A DNA stretch of 64,000 bases, taken from contig OZ024745.1 in the NCBI GenBank assembly GCA_964016885.1, forward strand, positions 71,114,001 through 71,178,000, in the 5' to 3' direction. The translations under genes and the position numbers were made by a program. The DNA is from Eledone cirrhosa. Lineage: Eukaryota. Below, piece by piece: positions 63,101 through 64,000 of this stretch (position 1 is its first letter; every line of letters begins with the position of its first letter). Under the pieces are notes generated by a model, which did not search any database, had not been told where the DNA came from, and worked only from the letters and a program-made list of their open reading frames with translations.

Positions 63101-64000
63101 CTACTGTCATCACCATTAACACTGCTGTCATCACCATTAACACTGTTGTCAATACCATTAACACTACTGTCATCACCATTAACACTACTGTCATCACCAT
63201 TAACACTACTGTCAACACCATTAACACTACTGTCATCACCATTAACACTGCTGTCAACGCCATTAACACTGCTGTCGTCACCATTAACACTGCTGTCATC
63301 ACCATTAACACTACTGTCATCACCATTAACACTACTGTCAACACCATTAACACTGCTGTCGTCACCATTAACACTGTTGACAACACCATTAACACTACTG
63401 TCATCACCATTATCACTACTGTCATCACCATTAACACTACTGTCATCACCATTAACACTGCTGTCAACACCATTAACACTACTGTCATCACCATTAACAC
63501 TACTGTCATCACCATTAACACTACTGTCATCACCATTAACACTACTGTCATCACCATTAACACTGCTGTCATCACCATTAACACTACTGTCATCACCATT
63601 AACACTACTGTCAACACCATTAACTCTGCTGTCATCACCATTAACACTACTGTCATCACCATTAACACTGCTGTCATCACCATTAACACTACTGTCATCA
63701 CCATTAACACTGCTGTCATACCATTAACACTACTGTCATCACCATTAACACTACTGTCATCACCATTAACACTACTGTCATCACCATTAACGCTACTGTC
63801 ATCACCATTAACACTACTGTCAACACCATTAACACTGCTGTCATCACTATTAACACTACTGTCATCACCATTAACACTGCTGTCATCACCATTAACACTA
63901 CTGTCAACACCATTAACACTACTGTCATCACCATTAACACTGCTGTCAACAAAATTAACACTGCTGTCATCACCATTAACACTACTGTCATCACCATTAA
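60180..64000. repeat. Copy B of the long-range duplicated block (copy A plus 4 extra monomers)
   Basis: Same markers at ~61502, ~61657, ~62092, ~62755, 63719/20 and ~63947. An extra 84 bp lies at ~62581-62664. The ORF pair 2052..3464 (470 aa) and 62231..63727 (498 aa) differs by 28 aa = 84 bp. Confidence 0.95.

Larger units (their letters stand above)
1..64000. repeat. 21-bp tandem satellite/minisatellite array, consensus CATTAACACTACTGTCATCAC (minus strand GTGATGACAGTAGTGTTAATG), ~3,050 monomers, running off both window edges
   Basis: Every part of the window is this monomer or a variant with a few substitutions. Spacings between marker variants are exact multiples of 21 after correcting for the few 20-, 12- and 24-bp monomers. 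No inversion or foreign insertion seen. Confidence 0.99.

Noticed and set aside
1230-63727. (LTLLSSP)n plus-strand ORFs as leucine-rich or coiled-coil proteins
   Set aside because: Broken repeatedly by single-base stops, begin at incidental ATG/GTG/TTG variants, and have a Pro every 7 residues. The heptad merely reflects the 21-bp period.
1-64000. CRISPR array
   Set aside because: Repeats abut directly with no unique spacers, leader or cas genes.
1-64000. Telomerase-made telomeric tract with a long yeast-type unit
   Set aside because: The strand bias is telomere-like, but kb-scale duplications of variant patterns indicate recombinational amplification rather than templated addition. I do not recognise the unit as a known telomere repeat, and no chromosome end is visible.
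1-64000. G-quadruplex, i-motif or hairpin-forming array
   Set aside because: The consensus has only one GG per 21 bp on the minus strand and no inverted repeat longer than TTAA.
1-64000. Synthetic or purely artefactual sequence
   Set aside because: Nested duplications with graded divergence and regional subfamilies are typical of natural satellite evolution, although individual near-identical duplications still need read support.

Overview
The whole 64 kb is one uninterrupted head-to-tail array of a 21-bp monomer, consensus CATTAACACTACTGTCATCAC (about 3,050 copies, 8/21 GC, only one G per monomer on the + strand). I see no unique sequence, real gene, RNA gene, transposon or CRISPR spacer. 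It reads as non-coding satellite or very large minisatellite DNA, probably eukaryotic; the organism cannot be determined from this window. The listed ORFs (LTLLSSP on +, VMTVVLM on -) follow from the 7-codon monomer. The informative signal is the pattern of variant monomers. It shows (i) a ~60.2-kb macro-period, with 1-3737 recurring at 60180-64000; (ii) a near-perfect 8,745-bp tandem duplication with nested 5,324 and 1,910-bp repeats, marked by one 1-bp deletion present in 8 copies; (iii) further duplications at offsets 588, 684, 1,743, 2,667, 2,793, 3,234 and 5,649 bp; (iv) regional variant subfamilies; (v) two ~40-kb stop-free antiparallel frames (INTTVIT / GDDSSVN) not shown in the ORF track; and (vi) TGACAG and TTAATGG homeodomain-type motifs in nearly every monomer. 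All comparisons were made by eye and by coordinate arithmetic, not by alignment software, so block boundaries are approximate.
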